In this document: positions 45,834 to 54,826 of the stretch, one piece after another
Position numbering within the stretch: position 1 is the stretch's first letter
Layout: each line of letters starts with the position of its first letter
Assembly: GCA_963818475.1 (NCBI GenBank)
Contig: CAWFSF010000006.1
Span: 1,984,001-2,048,000 of the forward strand
Direction: 5' to 3'
DNA from: Nitrospirota bacterium
GTDB lineage: Bacteria; Nitrospirota; UBA9217
Length of the DNA stretch: 64,000 nucleotides
The notes under the pieces: generated by a model
What the model was told of the DNA's origin: nothing
What the model saw: only the letters and a program-made list of their open reading frames with translations
The model's database searches: none
Program-made: the position numbers and the translations under genes

Positions 45834-46919
45834 TCACAGGTCAAGCGGCAGTTTTTCCGACGGCACCGCCGCGCTTCGTCCTGCACGCTGTTCATTCCGC
45901 GTTCCCGAAATACCAACGGCTTTATCGTTTCCCGGCGCCTCATCCTGTTCTGTCAGTTGAGAATCCGCTTCAGCATAGCCTGCCTTGCGGTACAGATAGC
46001 GGTCGTGCATTTTGTTAAAACCGGTCCATCCGCCCTCAACGATATTTTCTTTCTGCAGCGTGGCCTGAAAATTATTGATCTTGGCCGAAAGGTCATCAAG
46101 ATAATGAATGACCACCGCTTCCTGGATCTTGGGCCGCTTGGGCGAGCCGAACTCGTACTCGCCGTGGTGCGAGAGCATGATGTGCTTCAGCAGCATCGTA
46201 AGCTCCGCCGGAAACCCGGGGATCGTGCTGATCTTTTCGACCAGCATCTCATAGCCCAGCGAGATATGGCCGATAAGCCTTCCTTCGGTCGTATATTCTA
46301 TCGATTTCCGCACTGCCAGCTCGCGGACCTTGCCGATATCATGCAAAAAGGCGCCGGCGGTCAGCAGGTCGCCGTCGATGGACGGAAAATGCTTTGCCAC
46401 GTCGCGCGACAGGGAGATCAGTTCCAGGAGATGCTCCAGCAGCCCGCCGATGAAATTATGATGCAGCGCCTTTGCCGCCGGCGTGCGCCTGAGCAGGTCC
46501 ATGAAGGCCTGGTCGTTCAGAAAGGAGTTCATGAGCTGCTTCAAATGAGGATTGGTGATGCCGGCTGCCGCGGCTTGAAGCTCCGCCACCATCTCATCGA
46601 TGTTGCGTTTTGAGGCCAGCAGAAAATTGGCGATGTCGACACGGGAATCGTCGACCTTCTCCAGGGTCTTCATCTTGATCTGCATCGAGCCCTGGTAGTT
46701 CGCTGCGATGCCCTTGATGCGGACAAAATCCTCGCGTTCGAACCTGCCGGCGACCTCATCGGCATTGTCCCACAACCTGCCGTCGATCTCGCCGGTCTTG
46801 TCGGAAAGCTTGATCGAAAGGTAGGTCACTCCATTTTTGGCGGTTGAAACCTGTTTTGACGTTGCCAGGTAAATCTCTTCCACCCAGTCGCCTTCTTTGA
46901 GAGATGCTATCGTCTGCAT
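45834..46919 (-). CDS. YhaM/Cbf1-family OB-fold HD 3'-5' exoribonuclease
   Basis: LSDKTGEIDGRLW, PAAKALHH...GGLLEH, LHDIGK, SHHG. Confidence 0.88.
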   Translation of the reverse strand: MQTIASLKEGDWVEEIYLATSKQVSTAKNGVTYLSIKLSDKTGEIDGRLWDNADEVAGRFEREDFVRIKGIAANYQGSMQIKMKTLEKVDDSRVDIANFLLASKRNIDEMVAELQAAAAGITNPHLKQLMNSFLNDQAFMDLLRRTPAAKALHHNFIGGLLEHLLELISLSRDVAKHFPSIDGDLLTAGAFLHDIGKVRELAVRKSIEYTTEGRLIGHISLGYEMLVEKISTIPGFPAELTMLLKHIMLSHHGEYEFGSPKRPKIQEAVVIHYLDDLSAKINNFQATLQKENIVEGGWTGFNKMHDRYLYRKAGYAEADSQLTEQDEAPGNDKAVGISGTRNEQRAGRSAAVPSEKLPLDL

Positions 46920-47209
46920 GTGTTCCTTTCTCGTTGCTCCTGTGGGCGATAATAAACCATCCCCCCGGCGATGTCAAACAGAAAGCGGCCAAACTGGCGG
47001 CGGAGACGGAGTTTTGCAGGAAAACAACCGATGCAGATGCATCTCCATCATGCACAAGGATGCAATCCAAAATCTTTTACTTTTTCAATGAGGAAGAGCT
47101 CCGAGCCATTTCCACAGAGAAGAGAAACCGGCCACAATGCCTGGCCGGCTTACATTGCTGAACATTCCTCGGTGAGATGGATAATGCGGGAGTTACGTGC
47201 GAGGATCGA

Positions 47210-47452
47210 TCATTTTTTTCTGACATACGCCTTATACTCGCCGTTCTCGCTGGTGATCCCGAGAAATTCATTTCCTGTCATTTTGCACCAGGCAGGCATA
47301 TCTTTTACGATCCCGTCGTCATCGGACAGCACCTCAAGGACCTGTCCCGACTGCATTTCCTTGATCTTGTTCGATGTCTTGAAGATCGGCATGGGGCAGG
47401 CAAGGCCCACGCAATCGATGCTAAAATCCGGTTTAGTGTCTTTACTCTCCAT
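47210..47452 (-). CDS. tusA: TusA-family sulfurtransferase
   Basis: DCVGLACPMP, DMPAWC. Confidence 0.85.
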   Translation of the reverse strand: MESKDTKPDFSIDCVGLACPMPIFKTSNKIKEMQSGQVLEVLSDDDGIVKDMPAWCKMTGNEFLGITSENGEYKAYVRKK

Positions 47453-47495
47453 CGGAATCCTCATTCAGACGCAACGCAGGTTGCCCACGGTATTC

Positions 47496-47527
47496 AAATC
47501 CGCAATCCGAAATCCGCAATCCGCAAT
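47496..47527. repeat. Heptamer array AATCCGC/AATCCGA (single arm)
   Basis: Same unit as 10022..10053. Confidence 0.8.
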
Positions 47528-47530
47528 GAA

Positions 47531-47959
47531 TCATTCCATCTCGTGCTCGTGTCCTGCGTCAGCGGAGAGCGTTACCGGCGAAGACTTGCCCTGCTTCTTG
47601 TAGTAATCGTCGAGCGCGGACTTGAGCGCCTCTTCAGCCAGCACCGAGCAGTGCATCTTCACCTTCGGCAGGCCGCCCAGAGCCTCGGCAACTGCGGCAT
47701 TCGATATCTTGAGCGCTTCATCGATCGATTTGCCCTTCACCAGGTCCGTGACCATGCTGCTCGTGGCGATGGCCGCGCCGCAACCGAAGGTCTTGAACTT
47801 GGCGTCGGTGATGATGTTGTTCTCCACCTTGATGTACAGGCGCATCACGTCGCCGCATACCGGATTGCCGACCGTGCCAACGCCGTCAGCGTTCTCGATC
47901 TCCCCCACGTTGTGAGGCTGTGCAAAATGCTCCATCACTTTTGAACTGTACTGTTCCAT
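47531..47959 (-). CDS. iscU: Fe-S scaffold IscU/NifU-N
   Basis: GNPVCGDVM, FGCGAAIA, KMHCS. Confidence 0.94.
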   Translation of the reverse strand: MEQYSSKVMEHFAQPHNVGEIENADGVGTVGNPVCGDVMRLYIKVENNIITDAKFKTFGCGAAIATSSMVTDLVKGKSIDEALKISNAAVAEALGGLPKVKMHCSVLAEEALKSALDDYYKKQGKSSPVTLSADAGHEHEME

Positions 47960-47969
47960 ATCTTCCTCC

Positions 47970-49154
47970 TCAGCGAGCCTTTTCTTGTTTGATCATATCT
48001 TCATAAAGAGGCGACATCTCCCGGAGCCGCTGAACGATGGGAGGCAGCGCTTGTATGACGTAATCGATATCTTCCGTGGTATTGCCCATGCCGAGCGACA
48101 TGAGCAGCGTTCCGTTGGCGACCGCTGCGTCCGTACCGATGCAGGTCAGCACGTGCGATGACTTGAGCGACCGCGACGTACAGGCGGAACCGCTCGAAAC
48201 CGAGATCCCCTGCATGTTCAGGAAGAGCAGCATGGACTCCCCTTCCACATACCACATGGACATGTTCAGGTTCTGCGGCAGCCGCTTCGTGGGATGGCCG
48301 TTGATCACCACATGGTCGATCTTCTCCACCAGGCCTTTCTGTAGACGGTCGCGAAGCGTGGTCAGCGTGGTCATCCGGTTCGGAAGGTCGGCCATGGCAA
48401 GCTCACAAGCCTTGCCCAGCCCCACGATGCCGGGCACATTCTCGGTGCCGGAACGCCTGCCGTCTTCCTGGATCCCGCCTTCGATCTGCGGCTTGATCCG
48501 CACGCCTTTTCGCACATAGAGCGCGCCCACGCCTTTGGGGCCGTAGAACTGGTGGCCCGAGAGCGAAAGCGCGTCAACGCCCAGGGACGATACGTTCACC
48601 GGGATCCAGCCCACGGTCGCCACCGCATCCGTATGGAACAGAACGCCCTTTTCTTTGGTGATCTTCGATATCTCTTCGATCGGCTCGATGCTGCCGATCT
48701 CGTTGTTCGCATGCATGATCGAGACAAGGACCGTTTCCTTCGTGATCGCCTTGGCAACATCCGCGGGGTCCACGATCCCGTACTGGTCCGTCGGCAGTGC
48801 CGTGACCGTAAATCCGGACTTTTCGAGCGTCTTGACCGGATGGAGCACGGAGAAATGCTCGATCTGGGACACGATGATATGCTTGCCCTTCTGGCTGTTC
48901 GCCTGGGCAAGGCCTTTGAGCGCAAAGTTATTGGATTCCGCACCGGAGGAGGTAAAGAATATCTCTTCAGGCTTTGCGCCGATGAGGGCCGCGGTCTTTG
49001 CCCGCGCATCTTCAACAGCGTTCTTGGCTTCCCGTCCGATGTCGTGCAGGTTCGAGGGGTTGCCGAACTTGAGCGTGAAATAGGGCATCATTTCTTCTAC
49101 CACTTTGGGATGGGTAGGCGTCGTGGCTGCGTGGTCCAGATATACTTTTCTCAT
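47970..49154 (-). CDS. iscS: Cysteine desulfurase IscS/NifS
   Basis: YLDHAATT, GNPS, MHANNEIG, SSGSACTS; note SGHQFYGPKG in place of the usual SGHK. Confidence 0.93.
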   Translation of the reverse strand: MRKVYLDHAATTPTHPKVVEEMMPYFTLKFGNPSNLHDIGREAKNAVEDARAKTAALIGAKPEEIFFTSSGAESNNFALKGLAQANSQKGKHIIVSQIEHFSVLHPVKTLEKSGFTVTALPTDQYGIVDPADVAKAITKETVLVSIMHANNEIGSIEPIEEISKITKEKGVLFHTDAVATVGWIPVNVSSLGVDALSLSGHQFYGPKGVGALYVRKGVRIKPQIEGGIQEDGRRSGTENVPGIVGLGKACELAMADLPNRMTTLTTLRDRLQKGLVEKIDHVVINGHPTKRLPQNLNMSMWYVEGESMLLFLNMQGISVSSGSACTSRSLKSSHVLTCIGTDAAVANGTLLMSLGMGNTTEDIDYVIQALPPIVQRLREMSPLYEDMIKQEKAR

Positions 49155-49156
49155 GA

Positions 49157-49632
49157 TCAACATGCCCCCTTTCCTGCGACAGCGAGCTTTCTTTTCGGCT
49201 TCAGAAGCTCAGGTTCGCTTTTCCGGCTCTCTTGCAGCAGGTCCTCAAAACTGATGCTGTCAAGCGCTTCTTCTATTTTGGCACCGACCTTTGTCCAGAC
49301 CATGCGGGCGACACAGTCGTCTGCCTGCAGGCAGTCATCGCAGACTCGCCGGGCTCCAGACAGTGCGACAAGGCTATGGGACCCTCAAGGGCCCGGACAA
49401 TATCGCCGATCGTCAGCTCCACAGGCTTCCGCGCGAGCAGGTAGCCTCCTGCCGGGCCGCGCACGCTCTCGATCAGTCCCGCCTTCCCGAGCTTATGCAG
49501 GATCTGCTCAAGGTAGGAAAGCGATATGCCCTGGCGTTCGGCGATCTCCTTGATGGTGATCGGCCCCTTGCCGTGCCGGGCTATCTCGTATACTGCCCGG
49601 ACGCCGTATTTCCCTTTAGTGGACAGTTTCAT
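49157..49632 (-). CDS. iscR: Rrf2-family regulator with three Cys (IscR-like), frameshift near 49340
   Basis: LSTKGKYG, ISLSYLEQI, RGPAGGY; corrected frame gives HCLEPGES.DDCLQADDCV; upstream of iscS. Confidence 0.8.
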
Positions 49633-49716
49633 AGGACACCCTCACTGGCTGCAGGAAAACCAGTCCGATAAATACAGGACTGGTTCCGTCCTCAGTAGCT
49701 TCATGCTTAACATATC

Positions 49717-49741
49717 AAACCTGACTATTTCTGTCAAGTAT
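49717..49741 (-). promoter_or_regulatory. IscR type-1-like operator overlapping the -35 of the isc operon
   Basis: Minus strand ATACTTGACAGAAATAGTCAGGTTT resembles ATASYYGACT-N-AGTCRRSTAT; TTGACA-N17-TATGTT. Confidence 0.7.
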
Positions 49742-49785
49742 ATTGTTTCATGTTCGTGATTTCCGAATTATGCTATACTCCCGGC

Positions 49786-50604
49786 ATGTTACAGACCAAT
49801 CCCCATAACCCCATCACGAGCAAAGACAACGCTACCATCAAGCATCTGCACGCCCTTTCGGAATCCAAGCAGAGAAAAAAGGAACAGGCCTTCCTGATCG
49901 AAGGCGTCAAAATGGTCGAGGAAGCGCTTCGGGACAACCTGGGCGTCAAGATGGTTGTTGCCTCCCCTTCCCTGATGCAGCACCATGGCAAGGGTGTGCT
50001 GAAACTCGCCGAGAACCGGTCCGTTGAAGTGCTCTGGATCTCAGAGCGCTTAATGGACACGATCGCTGAAAGCAAAACTCCCCAGCCGGTCATGGCGGTG
50101 GTGACGATGAAGATATCCTCCGAGCAAGGCCTGCTGGCGAATGACGCAGGCCTCATTGTCATGGCCCATCAGCTTCAGGACCCGGGGAACCTCGGGACCA
50201 TCATCAGGACCGCAGAGGCAGTAGGCGCATCCGGCGTGGCGATCACGTCGAACACCGTGGACCCTTTTAACCCCAAAGCCATCCGGGCGTCCATGGGCAG
50301 CATCCTGCGCGTGCCGATCGTTCATAGTGGAGATGCGTCGGCGTTCATCAAGACCTGCAAAGAGAAGGGCTTTCAGACAGTGGCGACAGTTCTGACCGGA
50401 AGGACAACCCACTTCGATATCGACCTTAAGAAACCAACGGTGATGGTCCTCGGACAGGAAGGCGCCGGACTGCCGCAGGACATCATGGCGGACATCGATC
50501 AGCAGGTCCGCATTCCCATGGCATCAACGATCGACTCGCTGAATGTGGCGACTGCGGCGGCAGTGATCTTATATGAGGCGTTCAGGCAGAGGATGGTGCG
50601 GTAG
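49786..50604 (+). CDS. TrmH/SpoU-family RNA methyltransferase
   Basis: QDPGNLGTIIRTA, RASMG, GQEGAG, SLNVATA. Confidence 0.93.
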   Translation: MLQTNPHNPITSKDNATIKHLHALSESKQRKKEQAFLIEGVKMVEEALRDNLGVKMVVASPSLMQHHGKGVLKLAENRSVEVLWISERLMDTIAESKTPQPVMAVVTMKISSEQGLLANDAGLIVMAHQLQDPGNLGTIIRTAEAVGASGVAITSNTVDPFNPKAIRASMGSILRVPIVHSGDASAFIKTCKEKGFQTVATVLTGRTTHFDIDLKKPTVMVLGQEGAGLPQDIMADIDQQVRIPMASTIDSLNVATAAAVILYEAFRQRMVR

Positions 50605-50788
50605 TCTCGGTGCCTCGGTGCAAGTTTCTTCCTGAAGTCGTTGATGTTGCCATTTCCTGAAACATATAAAGCATCAAATCGTAATTGTCAGTACCTGCCC
50701 TTAAAACGCATTCTCGTTGACATCGGTATGAATCAGGAATATATTTGTCTGAAATTGTCTGAAATCAGTATATTGTGCACGCCAGCAG

Positions 50789-51835
50789 TTAATGATAAAA
50801 ATTTGAGAGAAAATTGGGTGACACTTTTCCGTTGATCGTAACTGTAATAAGCCCTTTCATCCTCAGCCAGGCCTCGACGGCGATCCGCCAGGCCGCTTGC
50901 GGGTGAACACCTCCTTTACTGCATAGTATATCATCCTGCAAGTTTGTCATCCAAGCATAGGCATCCCTCCTTTCCCATTTGGTAACCGTTCTTTTGTTCG
51001 TGAAGTACACTTGGCAGGCGTTGCTGCCGTGTAGGCAAGGACGAGGTTGGTGGTTGAGGTCATGTTCAACCGTCGATGCATACGCTTCCATGTGTTCGCG
51101 CTGGCAGCTGGTCTTATACGCGAGCTTTGCAGCAAGCCCGTTTTTCAGCTCGGTTTGCGCCTCTTCGATCGCCCCGTTGTAAGGTGGATAATGGACCGGG
51201 CTGTTCAAGGGCAGGACGAAGTAGTCCTCGAGCACGGCATTGATCGCCGCATGGTTCAGATTGCCGCCATTGTCCCGTTTGAGGAATAGGGGCGCCCCGA
51301 AGCGGTCGAAGGTCGCCGCGAGATAGCCGGATATCTCTTCGCCGCAGGGAACGTCTCCTGTCATGGGTGTGAACTTGTAGCGGGACGCAAGGTCCTGCAT
51401 ATGGTTCAGGTACACTTTGGCTCCGGCCGCATCTCGTCCGTCGTATTCGCAGGGGTCCATGGACCATGCGACGTTCGGCACGTTCCAGCTGATCCGCCGC
51501 AGATTCTGACGGTGTAACGTATTGAGATCATGCCGTGCCATTTCTATCATGCGCTGCAGCTCACGCCTTGATACGGAGGATGCGTAGCGACCGTAGAGTG
51601 CGCCCGTGCCCTGCGTCCGGTCTTGCCCGTGAGACAACCCTGCTATATCCAGTCCAAGTTTCTCAAGATCCGGCGGCTTGACCTTGGGAGGCCCCGGCTG
51701 CCGCACGAGAGGCGTGGCGTTCTTCTGCCTTCGACGCCACCGTATAAAGCTCGGGTAGGGCAGCCTCACGGCGCTGCAGATCGCCTGGTAGGACATACAG
51801 GTCTTCTCCCTCATCTGATCAATAACAGCAAGCAT
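50789..51835 (-). CDS. DDE (rve) integrase/transposase no. 2
   Basis: WSMD, DLASRY, RDNG, YNGAIE; stop codon lies inside the terminal IR. Confidence 0.85.
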   Translation of the reverse strand: MLAVIDQMREKTCMSYQAICSAVRLPYPSFIRWRRRQKNATPLVRQPGPPKVKPPDLEKLGLDIAGLSHGQDRTQGTGALYGRYASSVSRRELQRMIEMARHDLNTLHRQNLRRISWNVPNVAWSMDPCEYDGRDAAGAKVYLNHMQDLASRYKFTPMTGDVPCGEEISGYLAATFDRFGAPLFLKRDNGGNLNHAAINAVLEDYFVLPLNSPVHYPPYNGAIEEAQTELKNGLAAKLAYKTSCQREHMEAYASTVEHDLNHQPRPCLHGSNACQVYFTNKRTVTKWERRDAYAWMTNLQDDILCSKGGVHPQAAWRIAVEAWLRMKGLITVTINGKVSPNFLSNFYH

Positions 51836-51840
51836 ACGGG

Positions 51841-52224
51841 TTATGGTTTCTTCCTTTGCTTTCGTTTTTTTTCCTCGGACATGCCTTTCTTTGTTTTGGC
51901 GTTATGCAGCTCATAGGCATGCAGCATGTCCCGCACTTCCACGGTCTTCTCAGCGACAAAGAGCTTGTTCTGAAGCTCGATGATCTCGTCTTGCAAACGC
52001 TGCTTCTCCTCGTCCTGCGGTATACTCGGCCTTCCCGGGGTCTTGTCCTCCAGAGCCTCCGTCATCGCCTGTAATGCCCGTTTCTCCCACTCATAGTAGG
52101 TCTTCCGGGACACGCCGAGTCTCCGCGCGCCTTCCTCGGCTGTGATCTGGCCGCTCCTGACCGCAAAGATCACCGCGGCTCGTTTTAGGGCAAGCTCTTT
52201 GTCTGCTGAGTCGCTCATACGCAC
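51841..52224 (-). CDS. HTH protein with coiled coil (OrfA-like)
   Basis: AEEGARRLGVSRKTYYEWEKRAL. Confidence 0.85.
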   Translation of the reverse strand: MRMSDSADKELALKRAAVIFAVRSGQITAEEGARRLGVSRKTYYEWEKRALQAMTEALEDKTPGRPSIPQDEEKQRLQDEIIELQNKLFVAEKTVEVRDMLHAYELHNAKTKKGMSEEKKRKQRKKP

Positions 52225-52235
52225 CGGCCTTTCCG

Positions 52236-52646
52236 TTACGGGTTATCAGCCTTGCGTCCCGCTGTCTGCGGGGCTTCGCCGGAGGGCTTCTGATCCTTTG
52301 ACGGCGCCTCCGCTTTCCTTGCTTCCTGCGCCTTCGACAGCGTCTTTTCCAGCCGGATCGAGGCCGGAAGCGTCAGGCGCTTTTTCTCCAGCATTGACTG
52401 GAGGCGCGGGGAGAGCGCCGGCCCCTTGTCCAGTCTCACCCGGGGTTCCAGCGCCTGAAGCATCCCCTCCATCGCCCGCTTCTGCCACTGCGCCAGCACC
52501 ATCCACGGTATCCCCAGCTCCCGGCATATCTCCGCCGGCCTCCGACGCTCCGTCCACACCGCCAGCACCGCCCGGCATTTCTCCATCGCCCCGTGGTTCG
52601 TCGGTTGCCGCTTCTTCTCGCTTTTTATCTTCTCCGCCTTCTCCAT
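52236..52646 (-). CDS. HTH protein paralogous to 51841..52224
   Basis: PAEICRELGIPWMVLAQWQKRAMEGMLQALE; AAGGAG RBS; overlapped by the tail of 52246..53808. Confidence 0.75.
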   Translation of the reverse strand: MEKAEKIKSEKKRQPTNHGAMEKCRAVLAVWTERRRPAEICRELGIPWMVLAQWQKRAMEGMLQALEPRVRLDKGPALSPRLQSMLEKKRLTLPASIRLEKTLSKAQEARKAEAPSKDQKPSGEAPQTAGRKADNP

Positions 52647-53808
52647 GGCCGGCTCCTTCTTCGTTTAGATTGTAGACTACTTCCTGCGTGGTGTCATCTT
52701 CCTCGTCGTCAACCGACAGCCGCAGTTTGCCCTTTTCTGCCCGCAGCACCACTGACTGACCCTCCATGCGGCCCACCATGTAGAACGGCAGACGCGGTTT
52801 GCCCCGGAGCGCCATCTCCAGGAGGTTCTCCTGGATGCCTTGCTCGATTGTCTGCTTAAGCTCGCTCTGGATCTCGAAGTACCGGTCCGCGGGGCACAGG
52901 CCGCCGATACCCTGGTGCGGCCGTTTGTGGTTGTAGTATTTCACCCACTGCCGTATCCGTTCCGCCGCGTCCTCGAAGCTCGCGAACTGAGCCCGGCTCA
53001 GGAACTCCAGGTAGATGGTTTTCCAGAACCGCTCGATCTTGCCCAGCGTCATCGGGTGGTGAGGCCGCGATTTGATGTGGTGGATCTTGTCTTTCTTGAG
53101 CTCCGCTTCGAAACGGCTCTTCCCGTGCCAGCTCGTATACTGTCGCCCATTGTCCGTAAGCATCTCTTTCGGCGGGTTGTACTCGGCGGCCGCCCGCCGG
53201 TATATCTCGATAACGTTTTGCCCTGTCTGGCTTCTGAAAAGCTCGAGCCCGGTTACATAGCGGGAGTAATCGTCGATGTAGCCGATCAGGTACGCATAGT
53301 GGCCGCCAAGGCGGAACGTGAAGATATCCGTCTGCCAAAGCTGGTTCGGCGCTGTTCGTTCGAAAAACCGGGGACGGGTGATGTTGTGCTGCCGCTTCTT
53401 GGGTGGGGCGGTTATCAGGGATGATTCGTGAAGTGTCTTTCTGACGGTCTCGGGGCTGGCGGAAAGGAAGAATGCTCTCTTTAAAACCTGTGATATGCGC
53501 TTGATGCCGAAGGGAGGGTTGGCTTTTTTGAGTTCGACGATTTTCTGCTTCACCGGGGAGGGAAGGCTGCGGCCCTTGCCCCGGTAGTGCGTGGCGAGTC
53601 CGGCTTCACCGTCAGCACGATAAGCGCGCACCCAACGCCCTACCGTCCCACTGCTCAACCCGGATTCCTGAAGAATCACCGAAACCGGGATGCTCTCTTC
53701 TACAAATTTCTTGACTACTTGAAGCTTGAAATCGGATCCATACCTCTTGCTTCGCTTCGGGAACTTCCTTTTCCTCTCGCCTTGCTGTATACTCTTTTCT
53801 GGTTTCAT
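52246..53808 (-). CDS. IS481-like DDE transposase no. 1 (HTH + rve) with low-complexity C-tail
   Basis: PNQLWQTD, IDDYSRY, TDNGRQY, GKIERFW, YNHKRPHQG; AAGGAG RBS. Confidence 0.9.
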   Translation of the reverse strand: MKPEKSIQQGERKRKFPKRSKRYGSDFKLQVVKKFVEESIPVSVILQESGLSSGTVGRWVRAYRADGEAGLATHYRGKGRSLPSPVKQKIVELKKANPPFGIKRISQVLKRAFFLSASPETVRKTLHESSLITAPPKKRQHNITRPRFFERTAPNQLWQTDIFTFRLGGHYAYLIGYIDDYSRYVTGLELFRSQTGQNVIEIYRRAAAEYNPPKEMLTDNGRQYTSWHGKSRFEAELKKDKIHHIKSRPHHPMTLGKIERFWKTIYLEFLSRAQFASFEDAAERIRQWVKYYNHKRPHQGIGGLCPADRYFEIQSELKQTIEQGIQENLLEMALRGKPRLPFYMVGRMEGQSVVLRAEKGKLRLSVDDEEDDTTQEVVYNLNEEGAGHGEGGEDKKREEAATDEPRGDGEMPGGAGGVDGASEAGGDMPGAGDTVDGAGAVAEAGDGGDASGAGTPGETGQGAGALPAPPVNAGEKAPDASGLDPAGKDAVEGAGSKESGGAVKGSEALRRSPADSGTQG

Positions 53809-53891
53809 GATGACACTCCTTTCAAAACCTAACTTTGGAGTGTCACCCTATTTCCTTAAATTCTGGTTATCATAAACTGGTCGCTAGGACA

Positions 53892-54707
53892 CTGTTTACG
53901 CCTTGGATGCCACAACCATTGATTTGTGCCTGTCGTTGTTTCCCTGGGCGCCGTTTCGTTCTACCAAGGCGGCTGTTAAACTGCATACACTGCTTGATTT
54001 GCGTGGCAACATCCCAGCATTCATTCACATCTCGGACGGCAAGACCCATGAGGTCAATGTGCTGGATATGCTGATTGCCGAAGCGGGTGCGTTCTATGTG
54101 ATGGATCGCGGTTATCTGGACTTCAGCCGGTTGTTTGCTTTGCATCAGGCAGGTGCATTCTTTGTGACGCGTGCCAAGCGGGGAATGAATGCATATCGCG
54201 TGTATTCGATGCCGGCTGACCGGGACACAGGTGTAATTTGTGACCAACGCATTATGTTGGATGGGTTCTATATCGCGCAGGATTATCCTGAGCAATTGCG
54301 GCGTATCCGCTTTAAAGACCCGGAATCCGGTAAAACGCTCGTGTTCCTGACTAACAATACGGCGCTGCCCGCATTGACCATAGCCGCGCTGTATAAAGGG
54401 CGCTGGCAGGTCGAGCTGTTCTTTAAATGGATCAAACAGCATCTGCGCATCAAGCGATTTATCGGCACAAGCGAAAATGCGGTTAAAACGCAAATCTGGT
54501 GCGCAGTCGCAACTTATGTGCTGATCGCTATTGCTAAGCGGGAGCTTCATTTGGGCTCATCTCTCTATACGTTGCTACAGATTATTTCAGTGTCTGTCTT
54601 TGAGAAAACACTGTTATCTCAAGCATTCTCAGGCACTTTGTTATTTCAGGAGCAGTATGATACTGCTAATCAACTGAACTTATTCAATATTTAACCGGAC
54701 ACTACTG
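53892..54707 (+). mobile_element. 5'-truncated IS4-family element (C-terminal DDE part plus right end)
   Basis: VYALDATTIDLCL, DRGY, YKGRWQVELFFKWIKQHL; ends TTAACCGGACACTACTG; begins at the end of the two-integrase element. Confidence 0.85.
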
Positions 54708-54778
54708 AGATAGAGATAGATAAAATTAGCTAAAAGTATAGGTTTTGTGACGCACGTTAAGACTTGACAACACAGCTA

Positions 54779-54826
54779 TACCAACCAGCGCGTCGAGTCC
54801 GCCGCTACGCGGCTCACGCGCGCGTT
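54779..54826 (+). other. attC-like integron recombination site, interrupted at its GTT by IS1182
   Basis: AAC-CAGCGCGT(C)GAG-TCC-GCCGC-TAC-GCGGC-TCACGCGCGC-GTT hairpin with an extrahelical base. Confidence 0.7.

Larger units (their letters stand above)
50774..53891 (-). mobile_element. 3.1-kb transposable element with TGT...ACA imperfect terminal IRs encoding two DDE integrases and two HTH proteins
   Basis: Ends TGTGCACGCCAGCAGTTAATGATAA vs TGTCCTAGCGACCAGTTTATGATAA (19/25); inner GGGTGACACT motifs at both ends; no target duplication visible. Confidence 0.8.

Noticed and set aside
50774-53891. CRISPR-associated transposon (CAST) link between this element and the I-E system
   Set aside because: No TnsC or TniQ, more than 20 kb of housekeeping genes separate them, and the CRISPR locus has cas3 and cas1/2
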